A stretch of 64,000 bases of DNA from Eledone cirrhosa (GCA_964016885.1 OZ024744.1:109058001-109122000), one strand, 5' to 3'. Positions 38,722-53,233 are shown, numbered from the stretch's first letter. Numbers and translations: made by a program. Notes: generated from the sequence alone by a model not told the origin.

Positions 38722-39145
38722 ATTTGACGACAGAAAATAATCTAATAACAGTTTATAAACCCCCCAAAATGGAAAATAAGATGTGAGGGTTCATTTTTGT
38801 TCCAAATCTCCAGTCCTTAGGTTCAAATCCCACTTTGCTTTCTCTCCTTTTCAGCATCGATGAAATATCAGTCAAGCAGAGTTTTGTAGCATAATTGTTA
38901 GAGTATTGAGTACGATGCCTTGTGGTATCTACTTCAGCTATTTGTATTCAGATGGTCCCGGTGCCAAACTGTATTGGCCTTTTTCTTTGGACAACATTAG
39001 TAATAACAGCAGTAACATCCCCAACAACAATATCACCATTAATAACAACAACAACACCAACAACAACAACAACGACAACAAATTTGTGATGATTGGTAGA
39101 TTGATCTCTTCTTTAATAAGTCAATTAGAGACATCAATCAGCTTC

Positions 39146-39716
39146 TAGTGGTGCTAGTGATGATGATGATGGTGGTGGTGGAGTAGTGGTGGTGGTGGTG
39201 ATGGTGGAGGATTATGTAAGGTGGCAAAAGTGATGTGTAGTGGTGGTAGTGATGGTGGTGTTGATATGTATGGTGGTGGTGGTGATGGTGGCGGTGATGG
39301 CGGAGTAGTGGCGGTGGTGGTGATGGTGGAGTAATGGCGGTGGTGGTGATGGTGGTGGAGGATTATGTAAGGTGGCAAAAGTGGTGTGTGGTGGTAGTGA
39401 TGGTGGTGGTGGTGGTAGTGATGGTGATGGTGGTGGAGGATTATGGAAGATGGCAAAAGTGATGTGTGGTGGTAGTGATGGTGGTGTTGATATGTATGGT
39501 GGTGGTGGTGGTGGTGGTGGTAGTGATGGTGGAGTAGTGGCGGTGGTGGTGGTGTTGATATGTATGTATGGTGGTGGTAGTGGTGGAGTAGTGGTGGTGG
39601 TGTTAGTGGGGTGGTGGTGGTGGTGGTGTTGATATGTATGGTGGTGGTGGTGATGGTGGAGTAGTGGCGGTGATGGTGGTGTTGATATGTATGTATGTAT
39701 GGTGGTGGTGGCGGTG
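39146..39716. repeat. Degenerate (GGT)n compound repeat
   Basis: GGT-rich with a recurring ggaggattatgtaaggtggcaaaagtg module. Confidence 0.9.
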
Positions 39717-40117
39717 ACAGTCATGAGAGAATCTGGCCACAACCGATGTTCAAATTCAACTCAAGCAATAATAATTGTTTCTACTTTTGGCACAAGGCCA
39801 GCAATTATCCCCCAGTGCATTACTGGTACTTTATTTTATCGACCCTGCAAGGATGAAAGGCAAAGTTAACCTCGGCATGGTTTCTAAGATAGGCACACGG
39901 CCAGCAATTTTGGGTGATGAGGAAAATTGATTATATTAACCCCAGTACTTTACTGGTATTTTATCAAACCTAGAAGAATGAAAGTTGACCAGTGGGATTA
40001 GGACAATATTAATAATTTCCTACACAATGTGAGACTTTCTTCAGTGCCAACCTCATTGCTTTGGCCACAAACCAGGTCCCAGCACCCACATTGGAGAGGA
40101 GCAGAGGATAACTAAAT

Positions 40118-43100
40118 AACAGACATTGACTGACCATGTTGTGTTGCTCACTACTGAGACCTCCTGTGTCATCAGTGGTGTGGTAGATAACTACCAGACA
40201 TTGACTGACCATGTTGTGTTGGTCACTACTGAGACCCCCTGTGTCATCAGTGGTGTGGTAGATAACTACCAGACATTGACTGACCATGTTGTGATGGTCA
40301 CTACTGAGACCTCCTGTGTCATCAGTGGTGTGGTAGATAACTACCAGACATTGACTGACCATGTTGTGTTGGTCACTGCTGAGACCTGTGTCATCAGTGG
40401 TGTGGTAGATAACTACCAGACATTGACTGACCATGTTGTGTTGGTCACTACTGAGACCTGTGTCACCAGTGGTGTGGTAGATAACTACCAGACATTGACT
40501 GACCATGTTGTGTTGGTCACTACTGAGACCTGTGTCACCAGTGGTGTGGTAGATAACTACCAGATATTGACTGACCATGTTGTGTTGGTCACTACTGAGA
40601 CCTGTGTCACCAGTGGTGTGGTAGATAACTACCAGACATTGACTGACCATGTTGTGTTGGTCACTATTTAGACCTCCTGTGTCACCAGTGGTGTGGTAGA
40701 TAACTACCAGACATTGACTGGCCATGTTGTGTTGGTCACTACTGAGACATCCTGTGTCATCAGTGGTGTGGTAGATAACTACCAGACATTGACTGACCAT
40801 GTGTTGGTCACTACTGAGACCTCCTGTGTCTTCAGTGGTGTGGTAGATAACTACCAGACATTGACTGACCATGTTGTGTTGGTCACTACTGAGACCTGTG
40901 TCATCAGTGGTGTGGTAGATAACTACCAGACATTGACTGACCATGTTGTGTTGGTCACTACTGAGACATCCTGTGTCATCAGTGGTGTGGTAGATAACTA
41001 CCAGACATTGACTGACCATGTGTTGGTCACTACTGAGACCTCCTGTGTCATCAGTGGTGTGGTAGATAACTACCAGACATTGACTGACCATGTGTTGGTC
41101 ACTACTGAGACCTCCTGTGTCATTAGTGGTGTGGTAGATAACTACCAGACATTGACTGACCATGTTGTGTTGGTCACTACTGAGACCTCCTGTGTCACCA
41201 GTGGTGTGGTAGATAACTACCAGCCATTGACTGACCATGTGTTGGTCGCTACTGAGACCCCCTGTGTCATCAGTGGTGTGGTAGATATCTACCAGATATT
41301 GACTGACCATGTTGTGTTGGTCACTACTGAGACCTCCTGTGTCATCAGTGGTGTGGTAGATAACTACCAGACATTGACTGACCATGTTGTGTTGGTCACT
41401 ACTGAGACCTCCTGTGTCATCAGTGGTGTGGTAGATAACTACCAGATATTGACTGACCATGTTGTGTTGGTCACTACTGAGACATGTGTCATCAGTGGTG
41501 TGGTAGATAACTACCAGACCTTGACTGACCATGTTGTGTTGGTCACTACTGAGACCTCCTGTGTCATCAGTGGTGTGGTAGATAACTACCAAACATTGAC
41601 TGACCTTGTTGTGTTGGTCACTACTGAGACCTGTGTCACCAGTGGTGTGGTAGATAACTACCAGACATTGAATGACCATGTTGTGTTGGTCACTACTGAG
41701 ACCTCCTGTGTCATCAGTGGTGTGGTAGATAACTACCAGACATTGACTGACCATGTTGTGTTGGTCACTACTGAGACCTGTGTCATCAGTGGTGTGGTAG
41801 ATAACTACCAGACATTGACTGACCATGTTGTGTTGGTCACTACTGAGACCTCCTGTGTCACCAGTGGTGTGGTAGATAACTACCAGACTTTGACTGACCA
41901 TGTTGTGTTGGTCACTACTGAGACCTCCTGTGTCATCAGTGGTGTGGTAGATAACTACCAGACATTGACTGACCATGTTGTGTTGGTCACTACTGAAACC
42001 TCCTGTGTCATCAGTGGTGTGGTAGATAACTACCAGACTTTGACTGACCATGTTGTGTTGGTCACTACTGAGACCTCCTGTGTCATCAGTGGTGTGGTAG
42101 ATAACTACCACCAGACATTGACTGACCATGTTGTGTTGGTCACTACTGAGACCTCCTGTGTCATCAGTGGTGTGGTAGATAACTACCACCAGACATTGAC
42201 TGACCATGTTGTGTTGGTCACTACTGAGACCTCCTGTGTCATCAGTGGTGTGGTAGATAACTACCACCAGACATTGACTGACCATGTTGTGTTGGTCACT
42301 ACTGAGACCTGTGTCATCAGTGGTGTGGTAGATAACTACCAGACACTGACTGACCATGTTGTGTTGGTCACTACTGAGACCTCCCGTGTCATCAGTGGTG
42401 TGGTAGATAACTACCACCAGACATTGACTGACCATATTGTGTTGGTCACTACTGAGACCTGTGTCATCAGTGCTGTGGTAGATAACCACCAGACATTGAC
42501 TGACCATGTTGTGATGGTCACTACTGAGACCCCCTGTGTCATCAGTGGTGTGGTAGATAACTACAATACACTGACTGACCATGTTGTGTTGGTCACTACT
42601 GAGACCTGTGTCATCAGTGCTGTGGTAGATAACTACAATACACTGACTGACCATGTTGTGTTGGTCACTACTGAGACCTGTGTCATCAGTGGTGTGGTAG
42701 ATAACTACAATACACTGACTGACCATGTTGTGTTGGTCACTACTGAGACCTCCTGTGTCATCAGTGGTGTGGTAGATAACTACCACCAGACATTGACTGA
42801 CCATGTTGTGTTGGTCACTACTGAGACCTGTGTCATCAGTGGTGTGGTAGATAACTACCAGACATTGACTGACCATGTTGTGTTGGTCACTACTGAGACC
42901 TCCTGTGTCATCAGTGCTGTGGTAGATAACTACAATACACTGACTGACCATGTTGTGTTGGTCACTACTGAGACCTGTGTCATCAGTGGTGTGGTAGATA
43001 ACTACAATACACTGACTGACCATGTTGTGTTGGTCACTACTGAGACCTCCCGTGTCATCAGTGGTGTGGTAGATAACTACCACCAGACATTGACTGACCA

Positions 43101-45111
43101 TGTTGTGTTGGTCACTACTGAGACCTGTGTCATCAGTGGTGTGGTAGATAACTACCAGACATTGACTGACCATGTTGTGATGGTCACTACTGAGACCCCC
43201 TGTGTCATCAGTGCTGTGGTAGATAACTACAATACACTGACTGACCATGTTGTGTTGGTCACTACTGAGACCTGTGTCATCAGTGGTGTGGTAGATAACT
43301 ACCAGACATTGACTGACCATGTTGTGTTGGTCACTACTGAGACCTGTGTCATCAGTGCTGTGGTAGATAACTACAATACACTGACTGACCATGTTGTGTT
43401 GGTCACTACTGAGACCTGTGTCATCAGTGCTGTGGTAGATAACTACAATACACTGACTGACCATGTTGTGTTGGTCACTACTGAGACCTGTGTCATCAGT
43501 GCTGTGGTAGATAACTACAATACACTGACTGACCATGTTGTGTTGGTCACTACTGAGACCTGTGTCATCAGTGCTGTGGTAGATAACTACAATACACTGA
43601 CTGACCATGTTGTGTTGGTCACTACTGAGACCTCCCGTGTCATCAGTGGTGTGGTAGATAACTACAATACACTGACTGACCATGTTGTGTTGGTCACTAC
43701 TGAGACCTGTGTCATCAGTGGTGTGGTAGATAACTACCAGACATTGACTGACCATGTTGTGTTGGTCACTACTGAGACCTGTGTCATCAGTGGTGTGGTA
43801 GATAACTACCAGACATTGACTGACCATGTTGTGTTGGTCACTACTGAGACCTCCTGTGTCATCAGTGGTGTGGTAGATAACTACCAGACATTGACTGACC
43901 ATGTTGTGTTGGTCACTACTGAGACCTGTGTCATCAGTGGTGTGGTAGATAACTACCAGACATTGACTGACCATGTTGTGTTGGTCACTACTGAGACCTC
44001 CTGTGTCATCAGTGGTGTGGTAGATAACTACAATACACTGACTGACCATGTTGTGTTGGTCACTACTGAGACCTGTGTCATCAGTGCTGTGGTAGATAAC
44101 TACAATACACTGACTGACCATGTTGTGTTGGTCACTACTGAGACCTCCTGTGTCATCAGTGGTGTGGTAGATAACTACCAGACATTGACTGACCATGTTG
44201 TGATGGTCACTACTGAGACCCCCTGTGTCATCAGTGCTGTGGTAGATAACTACAATACACTGACTGACCATGTTGTGTTGGTCACTACTGAGACCTGTGT
44301 CATCAGTGCTGTGGTAGATAACTACAATACACTGACTGACCATGTTGTGTTGGTCACTACTGAGACCTGTGTCATCAGTGCTGTGGTAGATAACTACAAT
44401 ACACTGACTGACCATGTTGTGTTGGTCACTACTGAGACCTCCCGTGTCATCAGTGGTGTGGTAGATAACTACAATACACTGACTGACCATGTTGTGTTGG
44501 TCACTACTGAGACCTGTGTCATCAGTGGTGTGGTAGATAACTACCAGACATTGACTGACCATGTTGTGTTGGTCACTACTGAGACCTCCTGTGTCATCAG
44601 TGGTGTGGTAGATAACTACAATACACTGACTGACCATGTTGTGTTGGTCACTACTGAGACCTCCCGTGTCATCAGTGGTGTGGTAGATAACTACCAGACA
44701 TTGACTGACCATGTTGTGATGGTCACTACTGAGACCCCCTGTGTCATCAGTGCTGTGGTAGATAACTACAATACACTGACTGACCATGTTGTGTTGGTCA
44801 CTACTGAGACCTGTGTCATCAGTGGTGTGGTAGATAACTACAATACACTGACTGACCATGTTGTGTTGGTCACTACTGAGACCTGTGTCATCAGTGCTAT
44901 GGTAGATAACTACAATACACTGACTGACCATGTTGTGTTGGTCACTACTGAGACCTGTGTCATCAGTGCTGTGGTAGATAACTACAATACACTGACTGAC
45001 CATGTTGTGTTGGTCACTACTGAGACCTGTGTCATCAGTGCTGTGGTAGATAACTACAATACACTGACTGACCATGTTGCGTTGGTCACTACTGAGACCT
45101 CCTGTGTCATC
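40118..45111. repeat. 69/72/75-bp minisatellite, about 70 copies, 5 kb
   Basis: Unit gacattgactgaccatgttgtgttggtcactactgagacc(tcc)tgtgtcatcagtggtgtggtagataactac(cac)ca. Confidence 0.98.
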
Positions 45112-45488
45112 AAGGAAGGAGCTTGATGAAGCAGTTGCCAGTTCTCCCTTTCACCATCTTGTCCATCACAAGTTGCAACTGAAATATCCCTGATCAGTCA
45201 AGGATATAGACTTTCTCTCCTCTCCTTTTCTACCCACCCTTATTTTCTTCTTTTTTTTTTTCTTTCTACCATTATGATAATATAGCGGAACTCTGTTAGT
45301 GACTAAGTCTTTTCTAAAGTGACTCTTCCACAGTCTGCTATAATTTCATGGTATTTTTTAACCATTTTATAACCACATTTCTAATGTAATACACTCTATT
45401 TCCATTAATTAATGAAGAATTTTGAGGAATTTACTAAAATAATAACTTAATATATGGTTCTTATATAACATCATTAATTTAAAATGAA

Positions 45489-45681
45489 GGCGGTAGATTG
45501 GCAATATCGGTAGAGGGTCGGACGCCATGCTTTGAAGCATAGAGTTACCTCCCTTTATGATCTGAGTTCAAATCCCGCCGAGGTTAACTTTTTCTCTTTC
45601 ATCCTTACGGGGGTCGATAAAATAAAGTACCAGTGATGTACTGGGATAATTGCTGGCCTTGTGCCAAAAGTAGAAACAATT
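45489..45681 (+). mobile_element. SINE family 1 with TSD
   Basis: TSD ATTAATTTAAAATGAA. Confidence 0.9.
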
Positions 45682-45904
45682 AATTTAAAATGAATCCTTT
45701 AAAATGAGGATTTCAGTGGCATTGGAATCAAAATGGTTAGATAAGATATAATTATGTATAATAGTACCAGTAATGCACTGGGTGATTGCTGGCCTTGTGC
45801 CTAAAGTAGAAACAATTATGTATAATAGTACCAGTGGTGTTCACCTATCATAGCAGATTAGACTGGTTTACTGTTGTGGTGGTCCTAGGGATAGGGGTGA
45901 GGAC

Positions 45905-46539
45905 ATGAGAGGGGGGATATGACTGAGTGAGAGGGGGGGGGGATATGACTGAGTGAGAGGAGGGATATGATTGAGTGAGAGGGAGGATATGACTGAGTGA
46001 GAGGTGGGATATGACTGAGTGAGAGGAGGGATATGACTGAATGAGAGGTGGGATATGAGTGAGTGAGAGATGGGATATGAGTGAGTGAGGAGGGATATGA
46101 CTGAGTGAGAGGAGGGATATGAGTGAGTGAGAGGTGGGATATGAGTGAGTGAGAGGTAGGAAATGACTGAGTGAGAGGTGGGATATGACTGAGTGAGAGG
46201 AGGGGATATGACTGAGTGAGAGGTGGGATATGAGTGAGTGAGAGGAGGGATATGACTGAGTGAGAGGTGGGATATGAGTGAGTGAGAGGTAGGAAATGAC
46301 TGAGTGAGAGGTGGGATATGAGTGAGTGAGAGGGGGGATATGACTGAGTGAGAGGTGGGATATGAGTGAGTGAGAGGTAGGAAATGACTGAGTGAGAGGT
46401 GGGATATGACTGAGTGAGAGGAGGGATATGACTGAGTGAGAGGTGGGATATGAGTGAGTGAGAGGTAGGAAATGACTGAGTGAGAGGAGGGATATGACTG
46501 AGTGAGAGGGGGGATATGACTGAGTGAGAGGAGGGATAT
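45905..46539. repeat. About 23-bp purine-rich minisatellite (gatatgactgagtgagaggtggg)
   Basis: Direct reading. Confidence 0.95.
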
Positions 46540-46769
46540 AACACTATGACAACTGTTACTGTAATATCTGAATGGTGGGGCGAGGACGGTGATTGTTGTT
46601 GTTTGGTTAGTAAATCACTAATGAGGTATTATTCAAGCAGCAATATGATCAAAAGCCTTCCAGTTGTGACCATCCCATATTTTACTGTTTCTAGAGTAAC
46701 ACTATTCAACTGCATTATCTTAGGATATGATCTTGTTGTTGATGATGATGATAGGGTGGTGTTGGTGGT

Positions 46770-46955
46770 GGCAGCAGCAGCAGTAGCAGTAGTAGCAGTA
46801 GTAGTAGCAGCAGTAACAGCAGCAGTAGTAGTAGTAGCATCAGCAGTAGTAGTAGTAGTAGCAGCAGCAGTAGTAGTAGTAGTAGCAGTATTAGTTGTAG
46901 TAGTAGCAGTAGCAGCAGCAGCAATACTAATAGTAGTAGCAGCAACAGCAGCAGC

Positions 46956-46999
<44 letters not shown>

Positions 47000-47253
47000 C
47001 ATCAGCAGCAGTAGTAGTAGTAGTAGCAGTATTAGTAGTAGTAGTAGCAGCAGCAGCAATAGTAATAGTAGTAGCCATAGCAGCAGTAGTAGTAGCAGCA
47101 GCAGCAGAGCTGTAGTAGTAGTAGTAGTAGTAATAGCAGTATTAGTAGTAGTAGTAACAGCATCAGCAGTAGCCGCAGAGCAGCAATAGTAATAGTAGTA
47201 GCAGTAGCAGCAGTAGTAGTAGTAGCAGCAGCAGCAGCAGCTGTAGTAGTAGT

Positions 47254-47288
<35 letters not shown>

Positions 47289-47525
47289 CAGTAGTAGCAT
47301 CAGCAGCAGTAGTAGTAGTAGTAGCAGCAGCAGCAATAGTAATAGTAGTAGCCATAGCAGCAGTAGTAGTAGCAGAAGTAGCAGCAGCAGCAGCAGAGCT
47401 GTAGTAGTAGTAGTAGTAGTAGTAATAGCAGTATTAGTAGTAGTAGTAACAGCAGCAGCAGTAGCCGCAGAGCAGCAATAGTAGTAGCAGTAGCAGCAGT
47501 AGTAGTAGTAGCAGCAGCAGCAGCT

Positions 47526-47556
<31 letters not shown>

Positions 47557-47810
47557 CAGTAGCAGTATTAGTAGTAGTAGTAGTAACAGCAGCAGCAGCA
47601 GTAGAGCAGCAATAGCAATAGTAATAGCAGTAGCAGCAGCAGTAGTAGCAGCAGCAGCAGCAGCAGCTGTAGTAGTAGTAGCAGTAGCAGTATTAGTAGT
47701 AGTAGTAGTAACAGCAGCAGCAGCAGCAGCAGAGCAGCAATAGTAATAGTAGTAGCAGTAGCAGCAGCAGCAGTAGTAGCAGCAGCTGTAGTAGTAGTAG
47801 CAGTAGTAGT
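46770..47810. repeat. (GTA)/(GCA) compound trinucleotide tract with higher-order duplications
   Basis: Direct reading; gcagagctgtagtag and gtagccgcagagcagc blocks recur about 290 bp apart. Confidence 0.95.
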
Positions 47811-48371
47811 TTGACCCAAGGTCAGCCTTACCTCAGGAAATGAGTGTGATGATCAAAGCCAGTCCATTGTGATCATCATTCCATGTTTTCTTTAATTAAA
47901 TGATAGACAGACATAGCCAAAAAATATGGTTGTAATGATTGTTATTATGATAGTATTAAGGTGGTGGTGGTGGTGGTGGTGGTGGTGGTCGGGTAGTAGG
48001 GGGGGATGAGGTGTGGGTGGGTGGGTGGGGTTGTGTTTGTGGCGGTGGTGGTGGATTTAGTGATGGTGGTGGTTGTGGGGTTGTTGGTGGGGGTGGAGGA
48101 ATTGGTGGGGGGTGGTTTTGGGTTGGGGGAGGGGAGGGGAGGAAGGTGATGGCGGTGGAGATGGCTGTTGCGGTAGCAGTGGTGGTGGTGGTGGTGGCGG
48201 TTGGTTGCGGTATCGGTGGTGGTGGTAATAGTAGTTGTTATAATGATACCAATTGTAATATGCCTTACTTACTACAAAATATACATATACACATACATGT
48301 GTTTAGTGTTCATTTTTAGACAACCCACTCATTTTCACATATCAGATAGGTTCTCTTATCTGTCATTAACA

Positions 48372-48725
48372 ATCATCATCATCATCATCATTTCATTTTA
48401 CGTCCACTTTTTCCCTGCTTGCAAGGGTGGGACGGGAACTGATTCTGGCTTGATTTCTACAGCCGGATGCCCTTCCTAACACCAACCTCATTTACAGTGA
48501 GTGCTGGGTGCTTTTTTTTCTGTGGCGCCTACATGTCCACTTTACAGTGGAATGATAGGGACCCCAGTCCCTATCATCTCATTTCTACAGCTGAGTAAAC
48601 TGGAGCAATGTGAAATAAAGTGTCTTGCTCAAGGAAACAACACATCACATCACCCGGTCTGAGAATTGAACTCACAACCTTTCGATTGCAAGGCCAATGC
48701 TCTAACCACTAAGCCATGTGCCTCC
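48372..48725 (-). mobile_element. SINE family 2
   Basis: Reverse complement of 53234-53581. Confidence 0.9.
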
Positions 48726-49459
48726 ATAATCCTTAGTTTAAAAAATAAATTATGATTGATGTGGCATTAAATTTTGTCAAGAACATCATCAAGAAGCACT
48801 CTTCCATTATGCATTTGACCAAACTGAAATGTTCAAGCCAACCCTTGAACTGCCTGCAGTGCTCAGGCTAAATCTGCACAAAAACTGTAACAACAACATT
48901 ATATATTAATGTGTGATAGGATGGGGACCCCTGTCATTGAGAAAGCTCTTATAATATACAATCTCATAGGAGGCCAGCTAAACCTAAAGCTGTAACAACA
49001 ACAATATCATAGAACTGGGGCCTCTCTCATTAAAACACCCAAGACAATCTTGTTACAGGCCTGCTAAACCTATATAGGTGTATGCTGTAACAACATGATA
49101 GGGAGCCCTATCATTAAAACATCCAAGAAACCTCCTATAAGATACAACTTTGTAGGAGACCAGTAAACCTACATGGGTGTGTGTTGTACATTTCATAGCA
49201 TTTAGATATATTAGATTGTAAAAAGGTTAGTTAGATTGTAAAAAAAAAAGAAATAAATTGAGAGTATATAATAAAAAATATATACATTCATACATACACG
49301 TATCTACATACATACATAAATATATATATATATATATACACACACATATATTATCATTCATACATACAAGTATCTACATACATACAAGTATCTACATACA
49401 TACATAAATATATATACATATATACACACATATATTATCATCATTATTTAACATTCAAG

Positions 49460-49853
49460 GGACGGTGGATTGGCAGAATCGGTAGAGAGTCGGACACCAT
49501 GCTTTCCAGCATAGTTACGTCCCTTTACAGTCTGAGTTCAAATCCCGCCGAGGTTAACTTTGCCTTTCATCCTTACGGGGTCGATAAAATAAAGTACCAG
49601 TAATGCACTGGGATAATTGCTGGCCTTGTGCCTAAAGTAGAAACAATTATTTAACATTCAAGGGGCGGTGGATTGGCAGAATCGGTAGAGAGTCAGACAC
49701 CATGCTTTGAAGTATAGAGTTACGTCCCTTTACGATCTGAGTTCAAATCCCGCCGAGGTTAACTTTGCCTTTCATCCTTACGGGGTCGATAAAATAATGT
49801 ACCAGTAATGTACTGGGTAATTGCTGGCCTTGTGCCAAAAAGTAGAAACAATT
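49460..49853 (+). mobile_element. Head-to-tail pair of SINE family 1 copies
   Basis: Copies 49460-49648 and 49664-49853; ATTATTTAACAT flank present three times. Confidence 0.9.
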
Positions 49854-49994
49854 ATTTAACATGCATTTTTCTGTGCTGGCATAGTTTGGATGAGTCATTA
49901 CAGGCAAAGTCAATACTTGTTTATGTATGTGTGTGTCTGTCTATGTGTGGTGGTGGTGGTGGTGGTAGTAGTAGTAGTAGTGATGGTGGTGGTA

Positions 49995-50908
49995 GGAGGA
50001 TATTTTAGACAAACTGCCCCAGCCATTCCAAAAGGCAGTAAGGCTGATGAAATCCGAGCCTGTTTGAAAAAAAGAAAGGATACTTTGGACTTCTATCAAA
50101 GTTTTCAAGCTTGCTATAAATATGAGAACATATTTTGGTAAAGATGAACAACCAGACCAGTTTGCCCAGAATCTATTAATGCTTGGGGACAGAAGACTTC
50201 CTGAAGATAAAAAGGGAGCTACTGATATAAGACCCATAGGCATGATGGTGGAATCATTATTCCATCTCATAGAAAAGGTGTTCCCTAATCTTGAATATCA
50301 GTTTGCAAGTCATAAGTGGCTCAGTGAAAGGGCTATATTGACCCTGAAAAATGTGACTGTGAAATTGGTAAATTGTTAAAAAGAATTCCAAAGGTTTCAA
50401 AGCTCTATCGATATGTCAACACTATGGTGGAACAGTCGGAATCTGTCAATTACCCAACAGAGTTCCTCAACTCTTTAAAATATCAGGAATGCCTCCATAT
50501 GTCTTTCACCTTAAATAAGGAACACCCATCATGTAATTGAGGAATTTTGACCCACCAAAGCTATACAATAGCACACGACTGGTTGTGAAAAATATATATC
50601 CACATGTAATTCAAGCCACCATTTCAACAGGATGTGGTAGGGGAGAGGATGTATTCTTTCCAAGAATTCCTCTTATCCCCACTGATGTCCCATTTCAATT
50701 CAAAAGACTTCAATTTCCAGTGAGTCTTAGTTTTGTCATGACCATCAACAAATCACAAGAACAAATATTTTCTGTTTACACCTTGAAGAGCCCTGCTTCA
50801 CCCATGGTCAATTGTACATTGGATGTTCAAGAGTAGGAAGTCAGACAAATCTTTATATCTATGCACCAGATAGAAAAATAACAAACATTGTTTATACAAA
50901 CATTATAA
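49995..50908 (+). pseudogene. Helitron Rep/Hel Pif1-like helicase C-terminal relic
   Basis: GGYFRQTAPAIP, WLSERAIL, NYPTEFLNS, RNFDPPKLYNSTRL, PRIPLIP...FKRLQFPVSLSFVMTINKSQ, HGQLYIGCSRV; frameshifts and stops. Confidence 0.9.
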
Positions 50909-51249
50909 ATTAACCTAATTAATAAAGAAATCTGTCTTAATCAAGGGGACTATCCTACAAGGGAGATACTTGAACTGTTTGTCACCTTACATGTTTGTCA
51001 CTTGAGACTCCGTTCATGAATCAAGACGTTTTATATTCAGAAAATTATTTATGAACTGATTTGTTAATGAGAGGTGTTTGGGAACCAAGCTTCCACTGTA
51101 TATACAAAGCAATAAGCATCCATACATACATATATACATACATACATATATGAATACATACATACATATATACATATATACATACATACATATATGCATA
51201 CATACATATATACATAAATACATATATACATACATATATATATATACAT

Positions 51250-51680
51250 AAATCTGCAGATACCCTACCCTGATTATACCTTCAGATTTATGCCTGTGAT
51301 TATTGGGGCACTGGGGTATGTTAGTAACTACCTCAATACAAATCTTGAGAAGTTGGGCTTCACAGGAACAGAAAGAACACAACTAGTTAGGAAATTACAA
51401 GTACAATCCATTAATGGAACAGTAAAAATATGTAAAACATTCCAAACATGTTGCATCTAATAACTGCATATACACATGTACAGATAGAAAGTATATACAC
51501 ATGCACACATACAACTCAAATCATACACATCCACACATACAATAACATACCTGCATGCAGACATGCATACATATCTACCTAGTTGATGTTGTGTAAATTC
51601 CAATGAGAGAGTCTTGTGTCTATGTTAGAAACTGACTTTCTCTCTACTGGTAAACATTTGTGAAATTATAAAACCAGAAG
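51250..51680 (+). pseudogene. 3' fragment of the same RLE LINE as 1985-2725
   Basis: Near-identical to about 2281-2725 including the 3' UTR. Confidence 0.88.
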
Positions 51681-51804
51681 AATATACATACATATACACA
51701 TATATATATACATACATACATGATGGCTGCCCCCTAGTTATTGAGTAATGCCATTGCACGATATGCCATTATTAATAATTATTAATTAAGAAGAGGGCCA
51801 TCAG

Positions 51805-52460
51805 TCAACAATAAATGTAGACTATGTAAAACAAAGATTGAAGATGTTAGCAACATTGTTGCCAACCGTGAAAGAATGTTGTCTCGTTACTACCTCCCTA
51901 TGAAACATGATGTGATAGCTAGAACCATCTGGAATGCACTAAGGAAAACAATAAACAAACGAGGAGGAATATGTTGAGATAGATGGCACTATGGAATACT
52001 GGTTGAACCTGAAAATAAAAAACTGCCACCAAATTAAAGTACAACCGGCCTGATATTGTTGTTTGGGACCACATATTGAAGATGTGCTCTGTTGTAGAGA
52101 TCAGCTGCCCACTTGATGTCAACGTTGTAAGAAAAATACAGGAGAGGGAAGACATCTATGGACCATTAATGAGGAGTTTGCAGATCCAGTATCCAAGATA
52201 CACCTTCAGCTTCAAACCCATCATTATTGGAGCTAAAGGTTATATACCAGCCCAGGACCAAAGTATAACTGAACTTGGATTTGTGGACAAAGAGCGCAGC
52301 TCCCTAATTCATAGACTACAAATGGCTGTGATAGCTGGGACCTTCAAAATTTGCAAAACATTCTTGCGATTCTAGGGATGACAATTTCTTTTCTTTTACA
52401 ACCTTGCCACCAGGAAGGTGGCCGGTCAAAAATGTACTCGAAATTAAGAGAAAGAGAAAC
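51805..52460 (+). pseudogene. 3' fragment of a second RLE LINE (decayed CCHC knuckle plus endonuclease)
   Basis: KCRLCKTKIEDV...KHDVIARTIW, NRPDIVVWD...SVVEISCP, PIIIGAKG. Confidence 0.85.
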
Positions 52461-52503
52461 ATACACACACACATACTTATATAAGTACATATATATATAT
52501 ACA

Positions 52504-52550
<47 letters not shown>

Positions 52551-53233
52551 CCTGCACACACACATGATATGATTGAGAGAGAAGAAGATAAAGAGATAAG
52601 GAAGAGAGATAGACACACTGGACAGTGGGGGTGGGGGTGAGGACAATAATAAAGCTAAGTAGTATTAATATTTCATATCTCTAAGCTTCTTTTGTAATAT
52701 AGGTTAAAATGTAGTAATAGCAGATTTTATTTTATTTTTTATACATTCTTTATTCATATTTTTTATTATTTATTTAATTGTTTATTTATTTTTTGCTGGA
52801 GGAAGATTTTTGTGTATTTTTGTTTCTCTTTTTTTTTACCATGTAGCCATTGAGTAGCAGCAATCAGTAAGCCTAGTGGTTAGGGTGTTGGACTCACAAC
52901 CATAAGTTTGATTCCTCCATAGGAGGAGCATGTATTCTTGAGCAAGATGCACCATTTCAAGCCACCTTTGATGATAGGATAGGAGCCTGTCTATCATTAA
53001 AACAACTAAGAAACCTTCTATGAAGAGGCCAGCTAAACCTGCATAGATATAAGTTGTAATAACAAAATTATATATAGAGATATAGATATAGATATGGCTA
53101 TGGAAAGATAGGTAGATAGATCTGGATTATAACAGTTTAAACTAGTAAAACCATAATTCAGCAGAGTCTGGAATTCGCTGTCAAAATGGCAAGAGCTCAG
53201 CCTTTGGGGTCTGACTCTCTTCTATATATATAT

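Noticed and set aside
46546-47819. Poly-V/A/T/L ORFs
   Set aside because: Trinucleotide repeat translations
49995-50908. Host PIF1 helicase gene
   Set aside because: Intronless, frameshifted, with Helitron-type motifs; a transposon relic
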